Source: Chiloscyllium plagiosum
Lineage: Eukaryota
Length of the DNA: 64,000 nt
Direction: 5' to 3'
Assembly: GCF_004010195.1 (NCBI RefSeq)
Contig: NC_057720.1
Span: 34,574,229-34,638,228, forward strand
Shown: positions 62,411 through 64,000 of the stretch, piece after piece
Numbering within the stretch: the first letter of the stretch is position 1
Layout of the letters: every line of letters begins with the position of its first letter
The notes under the pieces: model-generated
Databases searched by the model: none
What the model saw: only the letters and a program-made list of their open reading frames with translations
Told to the model about the DNA's origin: nothing
Made by a program: the position numbers and the translations under genes

Positions 62411-64000
62411 GTTTGTTAACCCAGCCACAACTCTGTTCATGAGTCTTTGGAATGTGGCGGGTGCATTCTTCATTCCAAAGGGCATCACTTTGAATTAATA
62501 TAGCTCATTTGAATTAATATATCCGCCATCTCCAAACATCCTCCAATCTCGGTACTGGATATGAATCTGATTTTGTTACAGCGTTGACCTTCCGATAATC
62601 CACACAGAATCGTTGAGTCCCATCTGGTTTGGGAAGGAAGACGATCGGTGAACTCCACTCGCTCTGATTCAGTTCCATGATGTCCTCGTCGAGCATGCCT
62701 TCCATCTCCATTTGAACCTGTCTGGCTTTGAAAGGATGAAGCTGATAGGGGTGTTGTTTTATCAGAGCAATATTCCTTTTGTACTTCAATTACAATAGCA
62801 TTCGTCCTCCCCATCTGATTCTTACATATGTCCTTATCCTGCAGTAACAAATCCTTCAACTGCATTCTGTGCTCCTGAGACAGATAGCTTACTAACCTAT
62901 CCCACTCCTCAAGGACTTCTTCATGTTTTAATCCATTTTGAGGCACCTCAAAATCCCCATCATCTGGATTTGATTCCTTACTCTGCGGGGCAGTAACTAA
63001 CACCTGCTTCTCCAGTTCTTTCTCTCTCATATTATACGGTTTCAACATGATCACATGACATACTTAATATCTGTTTTCCCATCTGGCATCTTTACTCAAT
63101 AGTTCACCTGACTCAACTTTTTCTCAATTTGATAGGGACCACTAAACCTGGCTTTGAAGGGATCTCCTGTCACTGGTAACAATACTAACACATCATTCCC
63201 TCAGGAAAATGTTCGAGTCTCAGAGCTTTTATCTGTCACCTGCTTTATTCTACACTGTGCCCTCTTTAGGTGCTGTTTAGCTAACTCACCTCTCAATTTA
63301 GTTTCTCCCTCACCTCTGATACATAATCTAACTGTGAGATCTCTGACTTTGGTCCTGTGGCCTGTCAATTTTTCTTTTAAATAATTTCAAAGGACCTCTC
63401 ACTTCATGCCCAAATATTAACTCAAAGGGAGTGAACTGAGTAGATTCATTTGGGGGATCTCTAATAGCAAACAATATGAATGGGATACCTTTATCCCAAT
63501 CATTCTGGTAATCCTGACAATATGCTGTCAACATGGTCTTCAAGGTCTGATGCCACCTTTCTAAAGGCCCCTGGGATTCGGAATGATACACACTGGATTT
63601 AAGTGCTGTATTCCTAAGCTTTCTTTAAACTCCTTAAACAGCCGTGCAGTAAAATCTGACCCTTGGTCTGACTGAATCTCTCTGGGTAGCCCATACTGTG
63701 TGAAGAAAGCTACTAACTCCTCTACTACCCTTTATGCCTTGATACTCCATAAGGAATTGCCTCCTAAAATCTGGTCGACACATCCATTATGGTTAACAAG
63801 TGCTGGTTCCCACTTTTAGTTCTCAGGAAGGGACCTACACAATCAATAACCCGCGTGAAAGATTGTTCAAATGCGGGAATTGGCAACAAAGGTGCTGGTT
63901 TTATTACCGCCTGTGGTTTACCTACTATTTGGCATGTATGACACATCTGGCAAAAGTTAACCACATCCTTGTGCATTCCAGGGCAATAAAAATGTTTTTG

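Larger units (their letters stand above)
59506..64000 (-). mobile_element. Gmr1-type Gypsy element 2 (IN-RT-RH-PPT-partial 3' LTR); runs off the window
   Basis: IN: CQMCHTCQ, VIDCVGP, QSDQGS, LERWHQTLKTML (63050-64000). RT: CVDYRKVN, VMPFGMKNAPATFQR, VYLDN. RH: YSTIEKELL. PPT rc aagggaggagg before TGTTACA at 59727. Confidence 0.92.

Overview
Vertebrate genomic DNA from a cartilaginous fish, inferred from HE1-type SINEs and their partner CR1 LINEs (probably a shark). There are four assembly gaps. I found no host protein-coding gene I can support, and the window is dominated by decayed and nested transposable elements. These include several CR1 LINE subfamilies, a 5'-truncated Tx1/L1 LINE, a Harbinger transposase fossil, Tc1/mariner-type MITEs and several SINE families. 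A 16-kb nest (47.7-64 kb) holds one canonical Gypsy remnant and two Gmr1-type Gypsy elements with integrase upstream of RT; the first has a SCAN-like gag, a tRNA-Pro PBS, a PPT and both LTRs. The most notable signal comes from at least four Penelope-like families carrying minimal hammerhead ribozymes. Many of their copies are 100-250 bp mini-elements that start at the ribozyme core, or fold-back palindromes centred on it, flanked by 7-16 bp target-site duplications (TSDs). Two Penelope insertions abut the homologous codon next to the RT catalytic motif in the two Gmr1 elements. Family names come from motif recognition by eye, not database searches. Boundaries without TSDs are approximate.
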